From Candidatus Hadarchaeales archaeon (GTDB lineage Archaea > Hadarchaeota > Hadarchaeia > Hadarchaeales > Hadarchaeaceae), in NCBI GenBank assembly GCA_038823825.1, contig JAWBCC010000003.1:1-32000 (forward strand): DNA of 32,000 nt, read 5' to 3'. Shown here piece after piece: positions 23,683-32,000 of this stretch. The position numbers were made by a program, and so were the translations under genes. Below the pieces are notes generated by a model. That model did no database searches. It was not told the DNA's origin and saw only the letters and a program-made list of their open reading frames with translations. Numbering within the stretch: position 1 is the first letter of the stretch; the number at the start of each line of letters is the position of its first letter.

Positions 23683-26600
23683 GAAGTGGACCAATAGTAA
23701 TCGGTCAAGCTGCAGAATTCGATTATTCCGGTTCGCAGGCTTGTAAAGCTCTCAGAAGCCTAGGCTACGAGGTTGTACTAGTGAACTCGAATCCTGCAAC
23801 TATAATGACGGATCCGGAAATGGCTGACAAAATCTATATTGAGCCTCTCACACCAGAAATCGTTGCGGAGATCATAAAAAGAGAAAAGCCTGATGCTCTT
23901 CTGCCTACTCTTGGTGGCCAAACAGGACTCAATATAGCAGCAGAACTTTGGGAAAGGGGCATTCTACAGCAGGAAGGAGTGGAGCTTATCGGCGCGAAAG
24001 CAGAAGCCATAATGAAAGGCGAAGATAGAGAGCTCTTCAAACGCTCGATGGAAAAAATTGGTCTAAAATGTCCAGACGGTGAAACCGTTAATTCTGTTTC
24101 GCAGGCTCTGAGCGTTGCCAGACGTCTTGGTTATCCGGTTGTCGTGAGGCCAGCCTTCACGCTTGGAGGAACAGGTGGAGGAATAGCTTTTAACGACGAG
24201 GAACTCAGACGGATAGTTTCCAGAGGCTTGGAACTAAGCAGAATTCACCAGGTCATAATTGACGAGGCCCTTCTCGGCTGGAAGGAATACGAGTTTGAGG
24301 TGATGAGGGATCTAGCCGACAACGTCGTTATAGTCTGCTCGATCGAAAACTTTGATCCAATGGGTATACACACGGGAGACTCCATAACGGTTGCTCCAGC
24401 TCAGACTCTTTCAAATAGAGAATATCAGATTCTCAGAGATGCTTCGATTGCTGTCATTCGTGAGATCGGTGTGGAAACTGGAGGCTCAAACATTCAGTTT
24501 GCGGTTCATCCAGAAACCGGAGAATTTAGGGTCATAGAGATAAATCCAAGAGTTTCACGCAGTTCTGCTCTGGCTTCGAAAGCAACCGGATTTCCGATAG
24601 CAAAAATCGCAGCTAAACTGGCGGTCGGTTTAACCCTTGACGAAATCCCAAACGACATAACAAAGAAAACCCCCGCCTGTTTTGAACCCACGATAGACTA
24701 CGTCGTTGTAAAAATCCCCCGCTGGAACTTTGAGAAATTCCCAACTGCAGATGATACTCTCACTACTCAGATGAAGAGCGTCGGCGAGGTTATGGCCATT
24801 GGTAGAACTTTTGAGGAGAGTCTTCAAAAAGCGATAAGATCTCTTGAAATCGGAAGAATGGGAATATGCGCGGATGGCAGAAAGTCCTACACAGACGTAG
24901 ATATGCTCAAGCGTATGCTCCATTACTCGAGACCAAGAGGTGGAAACAACAGGATCTTCATGCTTTATGATGCTCTGAAATTGATGGATGTTGAAGAAGT
25001 CTACAAGCTTACCTACATAGATAAATGGTTCCTGCAGAAGCTGAAGAACATAGCAAAAATGGAGGAGGAGCTGAGCAAAAGAACAATCGAGACAATAGAC
25101 CCGCAGCTGCTAAGAGAAGCGAAAAGACTGGGTTTTTCAGACTATCAAATCGCCTATCTTCTCGGAACCGACGAAATGACGATCCGTAAGCTTAGAAAAA
25201 AATGGGGTATTTTACCTACCTTCAAGTTTGTCGACACTTGCGCAGCAGAATTCGACGCAGAAACGCCTTATTATTATTCAACATACGAAGACGGTGATGA
25301 TTCAAGAGTTAGCAAACGAAAGAAGGTTGTAATTCTCGGTTCCGGCCCGAACAGAATAGGACAGGGAATAGAGTTTGACTATTGTTGTGTCCATGGGGTA
25401 CTGGCTGCTAGGGAGGAAGGATACGAAACGATAATGATTAACTGCAATCCAGAGACGGTCAGCACAGACTATGACACATCAGACAAGCTCTATTTCGAAC
25501 CTTTGACTTTTGAGGACGTGATGAACATAGTAGAAAAGGAACAGCCCATTGGCGTAGTTTTACAGTTTGGTGGGCAGACTCCTCTCAACCTCGCCGTTAA
25601 ACTCGCAAACGCTGGTGTCCCAATTCTTGGCACGTCTTCAGAGAGCATAGACATCGCTGAAGATAGGGAGCGCTGCACACAGCTTCTTAAAAAGCTTGGA
25701 ATTCCACAGGCGCCATATGGTTGCGCAAAGTCTGTCGATGAAGCGGTAAAAATAGCAAATGAAATCGAATATCCCGTCCTTGTGAGACCATCCTATGTTC
25801 TTGGAGGGAGAGCCATGCAGATAGTTCACGATGAGAACGAACTGAGAAAATACTTCGAAGAAGCCGTTCTCGCATCCCCAGAGCATCCAGTTTTGGTAGA
25901 CAAGTTTCTCCAGGATGCGGTAGAGCTTGACATTGATGCCGTTTCGGATGGTGAAGAGGTTTTTATTCCCGAAATAATGGAGCACATCGAGGAAGCGGGC
26001 ATTCACTCTGGAGACAGCGCTTGCACGATTCCACCCAGAACGCTGGATCAAAAAACGATTGAGGTGGTCAGAGAATATGTGACCAAGATAGCTAAAGAAC
26101 TCAAGGTGGTAGGTCTCATCAATGTTCAAATGGCTGTTAAAGATGGGACTGTTTACGTTCTTGAGATAAATCCAAGGGCAAGCAGAACAGTACCGTTCGT
26201 AAGCAAGACCACAGGAATTCCCATGGCAAAAGTAGCTATGAAAGTGATGCTCGGCAAAAAACTTCGTGAGCTAGGAATTTCTGGAAGATTGAAACTAAAT
26301 CATTTTGCTGTCAAGGAATCTGTTTTTCCGTTCCAAAAGTTACCCGGTGTGGATCCGGTTTTAGGTCCCGAAATGAAATCTACCGGTGAAGTGATGGGAA
26401 TAGATGTAAACTGGGGAAGAGCATTCTTTAAAGCCGAGCTCGCCGCAGGAAACGCGCTACCCGCCTCAGGCACGGTTTTCCTAAGCGTGCGAAAAGGTGA
26501 ACAGGAAAAAATAATTCCTGTGGCCAAAAAATTTCAAGAGCTTGGATTTGAAATCGTGGCAACAGAGGGAACTGCAAACGCTTTGCGTGCCGCAGGCATA

Positions 26601-26882
26601 CCAGCAAAAGTTATTTTAAAAGTCTCGCAAGGCTCTCCAAACGTTCTCGATCTCATCAAGAGCAGAAAGGTGGACCTCATAATAAACATCCCGACAGTAG
26701 GAAGAGATCCGGCCAGAGATGGTTATCAAATCCGCAGAGCGGCAATAGATTTCGGGATTCCATACATCACAACGATAGAGGCTGCAACGGCCGCGGTTTT
26801 GGCAATTGAGGACATGAGAAAAGGAAAGATAACAATACAATCTCTCAACGAGTATCATGCAATGTCAAAAATCGTCGCTTGA
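23643..26882 (+). CDS. carB: Carbamoyl-phosphate synthase large subunit
   Basis: [33 protein letters not shown], duplicated ATP-grasp halves, and a C-terminal MGS-like domain. GAGGTG precedes ATG 23643. Confidence 0.97.
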   Translation: MPKRTDIRKILVIGSGPIVIGQAAEFDYSGSQACKALRSLGYEVVLVNSNPATIMTDPEMADKIYIEPLTPEIVAEIIKREKPDALLPTLGGQTGLNIAAELWERGILQQEGVELIGAKAEAIMKGEDRELFKRSMEKIGLKCPDGETVNSVSQALSVARRLGYPVVVRPAFTLGGTGGGIAFNDEELRRIVSRGLELSRIHQVIIDEALLGWKEYEFEVMRDLADNVVIVCSIENFDPMGIHTGDSITVAPAQTLSNREYQILRDASIAVIREIGVETGGSNIQFAVHPETGEFRVIEINPRVSRSSALASKATGFPIAKIAAKLAVGLTLDEIPNDITKKTPACFEPTIDYVVVKIPRWNFEKFPTADDTLTTQMKSVGEVMAIGRTFEESLQKAIRSLEIGRMGICADGRKSYTDVDMLKRMLHYSRPRGGNNRIFMLYDALKLMDVEEVYKLTYIDKWFLQKLKNIAKMEEELSKRTIETIDPQLLREAKRLGFSDYQIAYLLGTDEMTIRKLRKKWGILPTFKFVDTCAAEFDAETPYYYSTYEDGDDSRVSKRKKVVILGSGPNRIGQGIEFDYCCVHGVLAAREEGYETIMINCNPETVSTDYDTSDKLYFEPLTFEDVMNIVEKEQPIGVVLQFGGQTPLNLAVKLANAGVPILGTSSESIDIAEDRERCTQLLKKLGIPQAPYGCAKSVDEAVKIANEIEYPVLVRPSYVLGGRAMQIVHDENELRKYFEEAVLASPEHPVLVDKFLQDAVELDIDAVSDGEEVFIPEIMEHIEEAGIHSGDSACTIPPRTLDQKTIEVVREYVTKIAKELKVVGLINVQMAVKDGTVYVLEINPRASRTVPFVSKTTGIPMAKVAMKVMLGKKLRELGISGRLKLNHFAVKESVFPFQKLPGVDPVLGPEMKSTGEVMGIDVNWGRAFFKAELAAGNALPASGTVFLSVRKGEQEKIIPVAKKFQELGFEIVATEGTANALRAAGIPAKVILKVSQGSPNVLDLIKSRKVDLIINIPTVGRDPARDGYQIRRAAIDFGIPYITTIEAATAAVLAIEDMRKGKITIQSLNEYHAMSKIVA

Positions 26883-27020
26883 ACACGTTAAACAGCATAC
26901 TTAATCTACCTGAGCTTGTTGGCGAGCTTTAGTGCAAACATCTGCGTCACTTGCTGAATGAAAACATTCCGGGACCCCCAAACAGAAAGTAGATTATCCG
27001 CAAACTTCTAGGATTTATCG

Positions 27021-28331
27021 ATGGAAGCAAGCTGGCTCTCTGACATTCTGCCCAAAAGTATACTTTCTCAGTTATCTGTGGTCAAACCAGCCATTCGAAG
27101 ATCCGTCTCTCTTTGTCTTCTCTGCAGAGGAGGACGCGGACTTTGTGGAAAGAAAAGTTGTCCAGTTCTGCTCAGAGTCCAATATTTGGCCAAAACTTCG
27201 CTGAGAATAACTTCGCCAGAGATTCACGGTTCATCTCCACCAGGCGTCTTCGTTGGCAGGATAGGTTACCCGAAAGTCTACGTCGGGCCGATGGTTCCGC
27301 CATTCACCGGCGATACGGCTATACTCGATACGCCGGAACGATGGCTCGGAAAGGAACTGCAGGAAATCGTAGATTACCGGTTTGCGCTTATAAGAGGAAA
27401 AGTCCGTGCCGATGTGCATTCAACCGAGAGCGAGTTCATCAGACAGATGCAAGAGCTCGCCATGGGTAAATCTCCAGCCGAATCTGAGGTGGTTCTTGAG
27501 AGGATTCCCAAAATGATTCTTACGCTGGGTAGCGACATTCAGCCATTTGGTCCTTCAGCCCCGATGAAAAATTTTCATCTTTGTTCGAACATTTACACCG
27601 ATTGGCGGATAGAAAAAGCTCACGCGGATAAAGATTTGCGGGCTGCCGAGGCCGTGATAGAACTTTATGAACGCGGAGTCATGGTAAGCGCTATCCAGAG
27701 AACCTTCAGTTTGGGAATGTTTGGTCTGAAATCGCAGAGAAAGCTCGTTCCGACTAGGTGGAGCATAACAGCTGTTGATTCAATAATCTCCCAGCATCTT
27801 ATCGAGAAAATAAAGGAGTTTCCGACTATAGACGAGTTCAGGGTCTATACTTTCTCTCATATGGACAACAGGTTTGCGGCTATTTTGATGCCAGAGAAGA
27901 AATGGAGCTTTGAATGGATTGAAGCCTGGTTCCCTGGAACAACATGGAATCCAGAAAAAATCGGCCGTCCAGCTGTGATGGGAGACTACGAAACCTATGA
28001 AGGTCGAACAACATATCCGGACATTGGCGGTTGTTATTATGCTTGCAGACTGGCGGTAGCCGAGAGTCTTGCAAATGAGAGAAGGCAAGCGTCGGCCCTC
28101 GTCATGCGCGAAATTCATCCGGGTTATCTTCTCCCAGTCGGCGTTTGGTTTGTAAGGGAATGTGTCAGAAAAATGCTCTCACAGCCACCAGCTGTTTTTG
28201 ACAATTTTGCGAGCGCCTTGCGTCATGCGATGAGCAGTCTCACGATTTCTTTGGACGACTGGGTGAGAGCAAGTTACCTACTGCGTCGCTCGCTGTTTCA
28301 GAAGAGAATTACGGAGTTTTTGAGAAAATGA
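27021..28331 (+). CDS. nreA: Nre-family archaeal DNA repair protein (NreA-like, DUF650/DUF651) with C-terminal PIP box
   Basis: N-terminal Cys cluster CLLCRGGRGLCGKKSCPV, length ~436 aa, and a C-terminal QKRITEFL that matches the PCNA-interacting consensus Qxx[LIM]xx[FY][FYLW]. Confidence 0.65.
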   Translation: MEASWLSDILPKSILSQLSVVKPAIRRSVSLCLLCRGGRGLCGKKSCPVLLRVQYLAKTSLRITSPEIHGSSPPGVFVGRIGYPKVYVGPMVPPFTGDTAILDTPERWLGKELQEIVDYRFALIRGKVRADVHSTESEFIRQMQELAMGKSPAESEVVLERIPKMILTLGSDIQPFGPSAPMKNFHLCSNIYTDWRIEKAHADKDLRAAEAVIELYERGVMVSAIQRTFSLGMFGLKSQRKLVPTRWSITAVDSIISQHLIEKIKEFPTIDEFRVYTFSHMDNRFAAILMPEKKWSFEWIEAWFPGTTWNPEKIGRPAVMGDYETYEGRTTYPDIGGCYYACRLAVAESLANERRQASALVMREIHPGYLLPVGVWFVRECVRKMLSQPPAVFDNFASALRHAMSSLTISLDDWVRASYLLRRSLFQKRITEFLRK

Positions 28332-29122
28332 CGGAATACTCGCTTGTGAAATGCCGGAAGGCGATTTCTCCAAGCAGACTTCCTGGCCTCGATTACGCAT
28401 TGAACCCCTATGTAGGCTGCGAGCATAGTTGTGCTTACTGCTATTCGCCGGCGGTTCTCCGGAGAGAAGATTACATAAGAAATTGGGGAAACTTCGTTTT
28501 CATCAAGGAAAACCTACCTAGCCTACTTGAGAAGGAAATAGCGAAAATTAAGCCCGGATTCATCGGCATTGGAACAGTATGTGATCCATACCAGCCGGTG
28601 GAGAAAAATGCGGGAATAACGCGGAAATCTCTGGAGATTTTGAAAGACGAAAAGTTCAATCTCTGCATTCAGACGAAGTCGGATCTTGTCCTTAGAGATG
28701 TCGATTTGTTGAATAGGAAAAGGGACGAGATAGGGGTGACGATTACCACGCTTGACAATGACTTGGCCAGAAAGATAGAACCGAGGGCGAGTCCACCAGA
28801 CGCGAGGGCCCAGATTCTTGAAGAGCTTTCCCATCGCCAAGTCAGGAGATGGTTGTTTTTGGGCCCAGTCATCCCGGGAGTGAACGATTCCGAGGAAAGC
28901 CTCTCAGCAGTGATCGAAGTTGCAAAGAAAACCGGCAGTCTGGTGATTTACGACAAGCTGAACCTGAAGCGGGGTGTTGAGGAGAGGCTCTCGAAGGTTT
29001 TGGGGAGTTCTGATTTTCTGAGCTTGCTTACCACCAACTGGTGGGAAAAGACTGCGAGAAAGATCGAGAGAATGTGCAAAGATCAGGGAATTCGTTGCGA
29101 ACCTGCTTTCACGCATGTTTAG
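28328..29122 (+). CDS. Radical SAM protein of the SplB / DNA-repair-photolyase-like group (COG1533-type)
   Basis: LNPYVGCEHSCAYCYSP carries the CxxxCxxC radical SAM cluster in the COG1533-typical context. Its ATG overlaps the nreA stop (ATGA). Confidence 0.7.
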   Translation: MTEYSLVKCRKAISPSRLPGLDYALNPYVGCEHSCAYCYSPAVLRREDYIRNWGNFVFIKENLPSLLEKEIAKIKPGFIGIGTVCDPYQPVEKNAGITRKSLEILKDEKFNLCIQTKSDLVLRDVDLLNRKRDEIGVTITTLDNDLARKIEPRASPPDARAQILEELSHRQVRRWLFLGPVIPGVNDSEESLSAVIEVAKKTGSLVIYDKLNLKRGVEERLSKVLGSSDFLSLLTTNWWEKTARKIERMCKDQGIRCEPAFTHV

Positions 29123-29156
29123 GCAAGGCTTTAGAAACCCAAAAAGAGAGAAGAAA

Positions 29157-29164
29157 GGGGTGGT
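29157..29164 (+). promoter_or_regulatory. Shine-Dalgarno-like GGGGTGGT upstream of the aroC reading frame
   Basis: Resembles GGAGGTGAT, the complement of the archaeal 16S 3' end. It lies 3-5 nt before CTG 29168. Confidence 0.4.
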
Positions 29165-29167
29165 TAG

Positions 29168-30268
29168 CTGGGCGGGAACACCTTTGGTAAGATTTTTAGA
29201 GTAACAACTTGGGGGGAAAGCCACGGTAGGGCTGTAGGAGTTGTTGTGGACGGTGTGCCTGCAGGTCTCCCTCTCTCGGAGGAGGATATCCAGAAAGAGC
29301 TTGACAGGAGGCGCCCAGGCACCTCCGAAGTGGTGAGCCCAAGAGTGGAGAGAGACAGAGTGGAGATTCTCTCAGGAGTTTTCCAGGGCAAGACGATAGG
29401 CACGCCGATCTCTATGCTCGTTTGGAACGAAGATGTGGATTCGGCTCCATATGAAGAAATAAAAACGAAACCGAGGCCCGGGCATGCAGATCTCACTTAC
29501 TGGTTGAAGTTCAGACACGTTGATTATCGCGGAGGTGGTAGGGCTTCTGCTAGGGAGACCGTTGGTAGGGTCGCAGCCGGAGCAATCGCAAAAAAGCTTC
29601 TTTCCCTCAAAGGTGTAAAGATCTTGGGCCATACGGTGGAGGCGGCAGGGATTTCTGTCAGAAGGCAACCAACTCTCGAGGAAATAATGGAAAACGTTGA
29701 GAAGAATCCGATGAGGTGTGCCGACTTGGAGGTCGGGAAAGAGATGATGGAAGCAGTATTGGCCGCTGCAAAGAGAGGGGATAGCACGGGTGGGATAGTC
29801 GAGATAATTGCGATCAACGTTCCACCCGGACTCGGCGAACCGGTCTTCGACAAGCTTGACGCTGAAATAGCTCACGCCATGATGTCGATAGGTGCCGTCA
29901 AAGCTGTGGAGATTGGTGAAGGAAAGAACTTTGCAAGAATGTTTGGCTCGGAAGCTAACGATCCGATCTTCGTGAAGGATGGAAAGATAGTGACGCTCAC
30001 AAACAAGGCTGGGGGAATTCTTGGTGGAATTTCGACTGGTATGCCTATAGTTGTCAGGCTGACAGTAAAGCCTCCAGCCTCGATCGCTTTACCACAACGA
30101 ACAGTAGATCTGGAAACTTTGGAGGAAACGGAAATCAGGCTGAAGGGTAGGTTCGATCCAAATCTTTGTCCCCGTGTGATTCCCGTGGCAGAGGCGATGA
30201 TGGCGATAGTCATAGTAGATCATATGATGAGAGTTGGAGAGATAACTCCTGTCAGGCTGGAGCTATGA
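29168..30268 (+). CDS. aroC: Chorismate synthase; conserved N-terminus begins at a non-canonical position (see findings)
   Basis: The in-frame translation from 29168 reads [34 protein letters not shown], matching the universal AroC N-terminus (E. coli [20 protein letters not shown]). The ORF-track start GTG 29246 would delete this motif. Confidence 0.85.
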   Translation: MGGNTFGKIFRVTTWGESHGRAVGVVVDGVPAGLPLSEEDIQKELDRRRPGTSEVVSPRVERDRVEILSGVFQGKTIGTPISMLVWNEDVDSAPYEEIKTKPRPGHADLTYWLKFRHVDYRGGGRASARETVGRVAAGAIAKKLLSLKGVKILGHTVEAAGISVRRQPTLEEIMENVEKNPMRCADLEVGKEMMEAVLAAAKRGDSTGGIVEIIAINVPPGLGEPVFDKLDAEIAHAMMSIGAVKAVEIGEGKNFARMFGSEANDPIFVKDGKIVTLTNKAGGILGGISTGMPIVVRLTVKPPASIALPQRTVDLETLEETEIRLKGRFDPNLCPRVIPVAEAMMAIVIVDHMMRVGEITPVRLEL

Positions 30269-31149
30269 CGAGCCTTTCCGGAGTTGGGTTTGCATGCGCA
30301 TCGGCAACCGTAGTCAACGCGATGAGCACGGGAAAGGGTGCAGCATTTGGCGTGGATCTTTGGCTTGAGGCCAGAGTAAAACTAAGTTCATCTTTCAGAG
30401 GTGTGAAAGGAAGAGTAGTTGGAATGAAGGAATCGCCGAGGCTTATTGAGCTTTGTGTCAAAGAAGTTTTGAAAAAATTTGGAGCGGACAATCTTGGAGC
30501 TAGAGTTATCACATATTCTGATATTCCCGTTGCGGTTGGACTCTCGAGCAGTAGTGCAGCAGCGAACGCGGCAGTCTTAGCAACCCTGATGGCTCTCGGT
30601 GAGAAACTCGAACCGCAGGAAGTTCTTGAAATAGGTGTGAAGGTAGCAATCGAATCAGGAGTGACAGTGACAGGAGCGTTTGATGATGCTGCAGCTTCCT
30701 TGCTCGCCTGCGGCGTTATCACCGATAACGAGGAAAGAAGAATTCTTAAAACCTTCGAGGTAGACCCATCGCTAAAAGTAGCCATCCACATTCCGCGGGG
30801 AAAGAAGCTTTACAGCGGTTCTTTGCGTGGAATGGATTTTTCCTCAATAGCGGAAGGTATAGAAAAGGTTCATCAAATGGCCTTAGAAGGTGAAATTTGG
30901 ACGGCAATGACGTTGAATGGAATTCTTTACGCCTCGGTTCTAAAGCACGATCTCGCCCCGACCTTTTTGGCTCTTTCATCGGGAGTTTCAGCCGCCGGTC
31001 TAACGGGTAAGGGTCCGGCCACGGTAGCTATAGGTACCCCTGAAAAAATAGCGGAAGTGGCTAAGAAATGGAAGAGTTTGGGAGGGAGAATTATAATAAC
31101 ATCGCCGGCCCGGAGGTGGATTTCGGATGAAATCGCAGGAAATCGCTGA
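30265..31149 (+). CDS. aroK: Archaeal-type shikimate kinase (GHMP kinase family)
   Basis: GHMP motif [18 protein letters not shown] 30265 overlaps the aroC stop (ATGA). The ORF-track start at 30166 lies inside aroC and is rejected. Confidence 0.85.
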   Translation: MTSLSGVGFACASATVVNAMSTGKGAAFGVDLWLEARVKLSSSFRGVKGRVVGMKESPRLIELCVKEVLKKFGADNLGARVITYSDIPVAVGLSSSSAAANAAVLATLMALGEKLEPQEVLEIGVKVAIESGVTVTGAFDDAAASLLACGVITDNEERRILKTFEVDPSLKVAIHIPRGKKLYSGSLRGMDFSSIAEGIEKVHQMALEGEIWTAMTLNGILYASVLKHDLAPTFLALSSGVSAAGLTGKGPATVAIGTPEKIAEVAKKWKSLGGRIIITSPARRWISDEIAGNR

Positions 31150-31915
31150 TCTCAGAAAAAAGATCGATGAAATAGACAAGCAGATCCTAGAGCTTGTGAA
31201 ACGGAGGACCGAAATAGCAAAGGAGATTGCGGAAATAAAACAAAAGAAAAACTTACCTCTGACTGACACGGCGCGTGAGCTTGAGATAATCGCAAGGGCG
31301 AAAGAAACCGCAAAAAACCTCGGAATTGACTCGAGCTTCGCCGAAAGCCTGATCAGGCTTTTGATCGCCCACAGCTGGGAAAAAGAAAGAGAAAGACTCG
31401 AACCACCGGAGGTTTGGAGGATATTAGAAAAGAAATTTAAAGACTATCCAGCACAATTCAAAGTCGTAAGGCTGATGTTGCGATATGGACTCAGGGTAAA
31501 CGAGAATGGAGAGATTTGTTGTGGGCCAATGAAAGTCCCAGCAGTCCAGATAGCCAAAGAAGTCGGGGTGGACAGGCGCGTTGTCGAACAGGTTGCAGAG
31601 AGGATACTTTCTGACGATATGTTAAGAAAAATCTTTTCTGCCCTTGAACCTGTGGCTTATCTGCGCGGAGCAGCGAAGGCGATGGGCATGGGGGTTTTAG
31701 AGATAATCCCGGAGGATGCTACTAGGCCCGGCATCGTCAGGGATGTGGCCGAAAAAATCGCGAAATTTGGTATGAGCATAAGGCAAGTCGTAGCCGATGA
31801 TCCCAAACTTACTCCCCAGCCCAAGTTGACGATAATCACAGACCAACCTCTGCGTGCTGAAGTTTTGGAAGCCCTGCGGGAGCTTCCATACATAAGAAGC
31901 GTGATCATTTACTGA
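31127..31915 (+). CDS. Chorismate mutase (AroQ class) fused to a COG2150-like HTH plus ACT regulatory domain
   Basis: The N-terminal ~90 aa ([38 protein letters not shown]) fit the AroQ helical pattern. The C-terminal part carries GVDRRVVEQV and an ACT-like PGIVRDVAEKIAKFGMSIRQVVADDP. Confidence 0.7.
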   Translation: MKSQEIADLRKKIDEIDKQILELVKRRTEIAKEIAEIKQKKNLPLTDTARELEIIARAKETAKNLGIDSSFAESLIRLLIAHSWEKERERLEPPEVWRILEKKFKDYPAQFKVVRLMLRYGLRVNENGEICCGPMKVPAVQIAKEVGVDRRVVEQVAERILSDDMLRKIFSALEPVAYLRGAAKAMGMGVLEIIPEDATRPGIVRDVAEKIAKFGMSIRQVVADDPKLTPQPKLTIITDQPLRAEVLEALRELPYIRSVIIY

Positions 31916-31925
31916 AGTGGTGGTT

Positions 31926-32000
31926 ATGAGGCTGAAATTTGGAGACGTCGAACGGGAAGCCTCTGTGAGAAAAGCAGCGGATATGGCAGAAGTCATATTT
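31926..32000 (+). CDS. 5' end of an unidentified ORF (MRLKFGDVEREASVRKAADMAEVIF...), truncated by the window edge
   Basis: ATG 11 nt after the preceding stop, on the same strand. Only 25 codons are visible. Confidence 0.35.
   Translation, partial: MRLKFGDVEREASVRKAADMAEVIF

Noticed and set aside
30166-30264. N-terminal extension of the shikimate kinase ORF ([18 protein letters not shown]...) and the 179-aa antisense ORF at 30252-30791
   Set aside because: The extension lies inside aroC in another frame. ATG 30265 forms an ATGA overlap with the aroC stop and gives a normal GHMP kinase N-terminus. The antisense ORF has no supporting signal.
1-32000. Looked for CRISPR arrays, rRNA genes, IS elements or transposases, integrases and long nucleotide-level direct or inverted repeats
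   Set aside because: None was found by eye. The only long-range repetition is protein-level, inside the giant gene, and its DNA copies have diverged.

Overview
Archaeal chromosomal window. Evidence for archaeal origin: an HMf-type histone, a GHMP-type shikimate kinase, NreA, a tRNA without encoded CCA, and TATA-like boxes centred about 26 nt upstream of many start codons. The lineage cannot be fixed from sequence alone; HypEF/NikR, an F420/LLM-type oxidoreductase, a desulforedoxin-like peptide and a CGTase-like enzyme fit an Archaeoglobi- or methanogen-related euryarchaeon. Housekeeping content: glmS, hypE, hypF, nikR, carA, carB, nreA plus a radical SAM gene, aroC, archaeal aroK, a chorismate mutase fusion, an M29 aminopeptidase, a PHP hydrolase and tRNA-Ser(UGA). 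Five parts are unusual. (1) A giant (>2,363 aa) membrane-anchored CGTase-like GH13 protein carries six copies of a ~124-aa module I cannot assign. The copies form two collinear triplets, and the second triplet is inserted inside catalytic domain B. (2) An AT-rich three-gene operon lies between glmS and the PHP/hyp genes. It encodes an excisionase-type HTH with a degenerate HNH zinc ribbon, an ExeA/Orc-like AAA+ ATPase, and a Tfx-like HTH protein. (3) A mini-island abuts tRNA-Ser. It holds a Panacea(SocA)-like plus PIN toxin-antitoxin pair, a decayed ORF and a possible relic tRNA fragment at the far border. (4) An unlisted 41-aa desulforedoxin-like ORF has 7 Cys. (5) aroC has its conserved N-terminus upstream of any canonical start codon. 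No CRISPR array, rRNA, transposase or integrase was seen.
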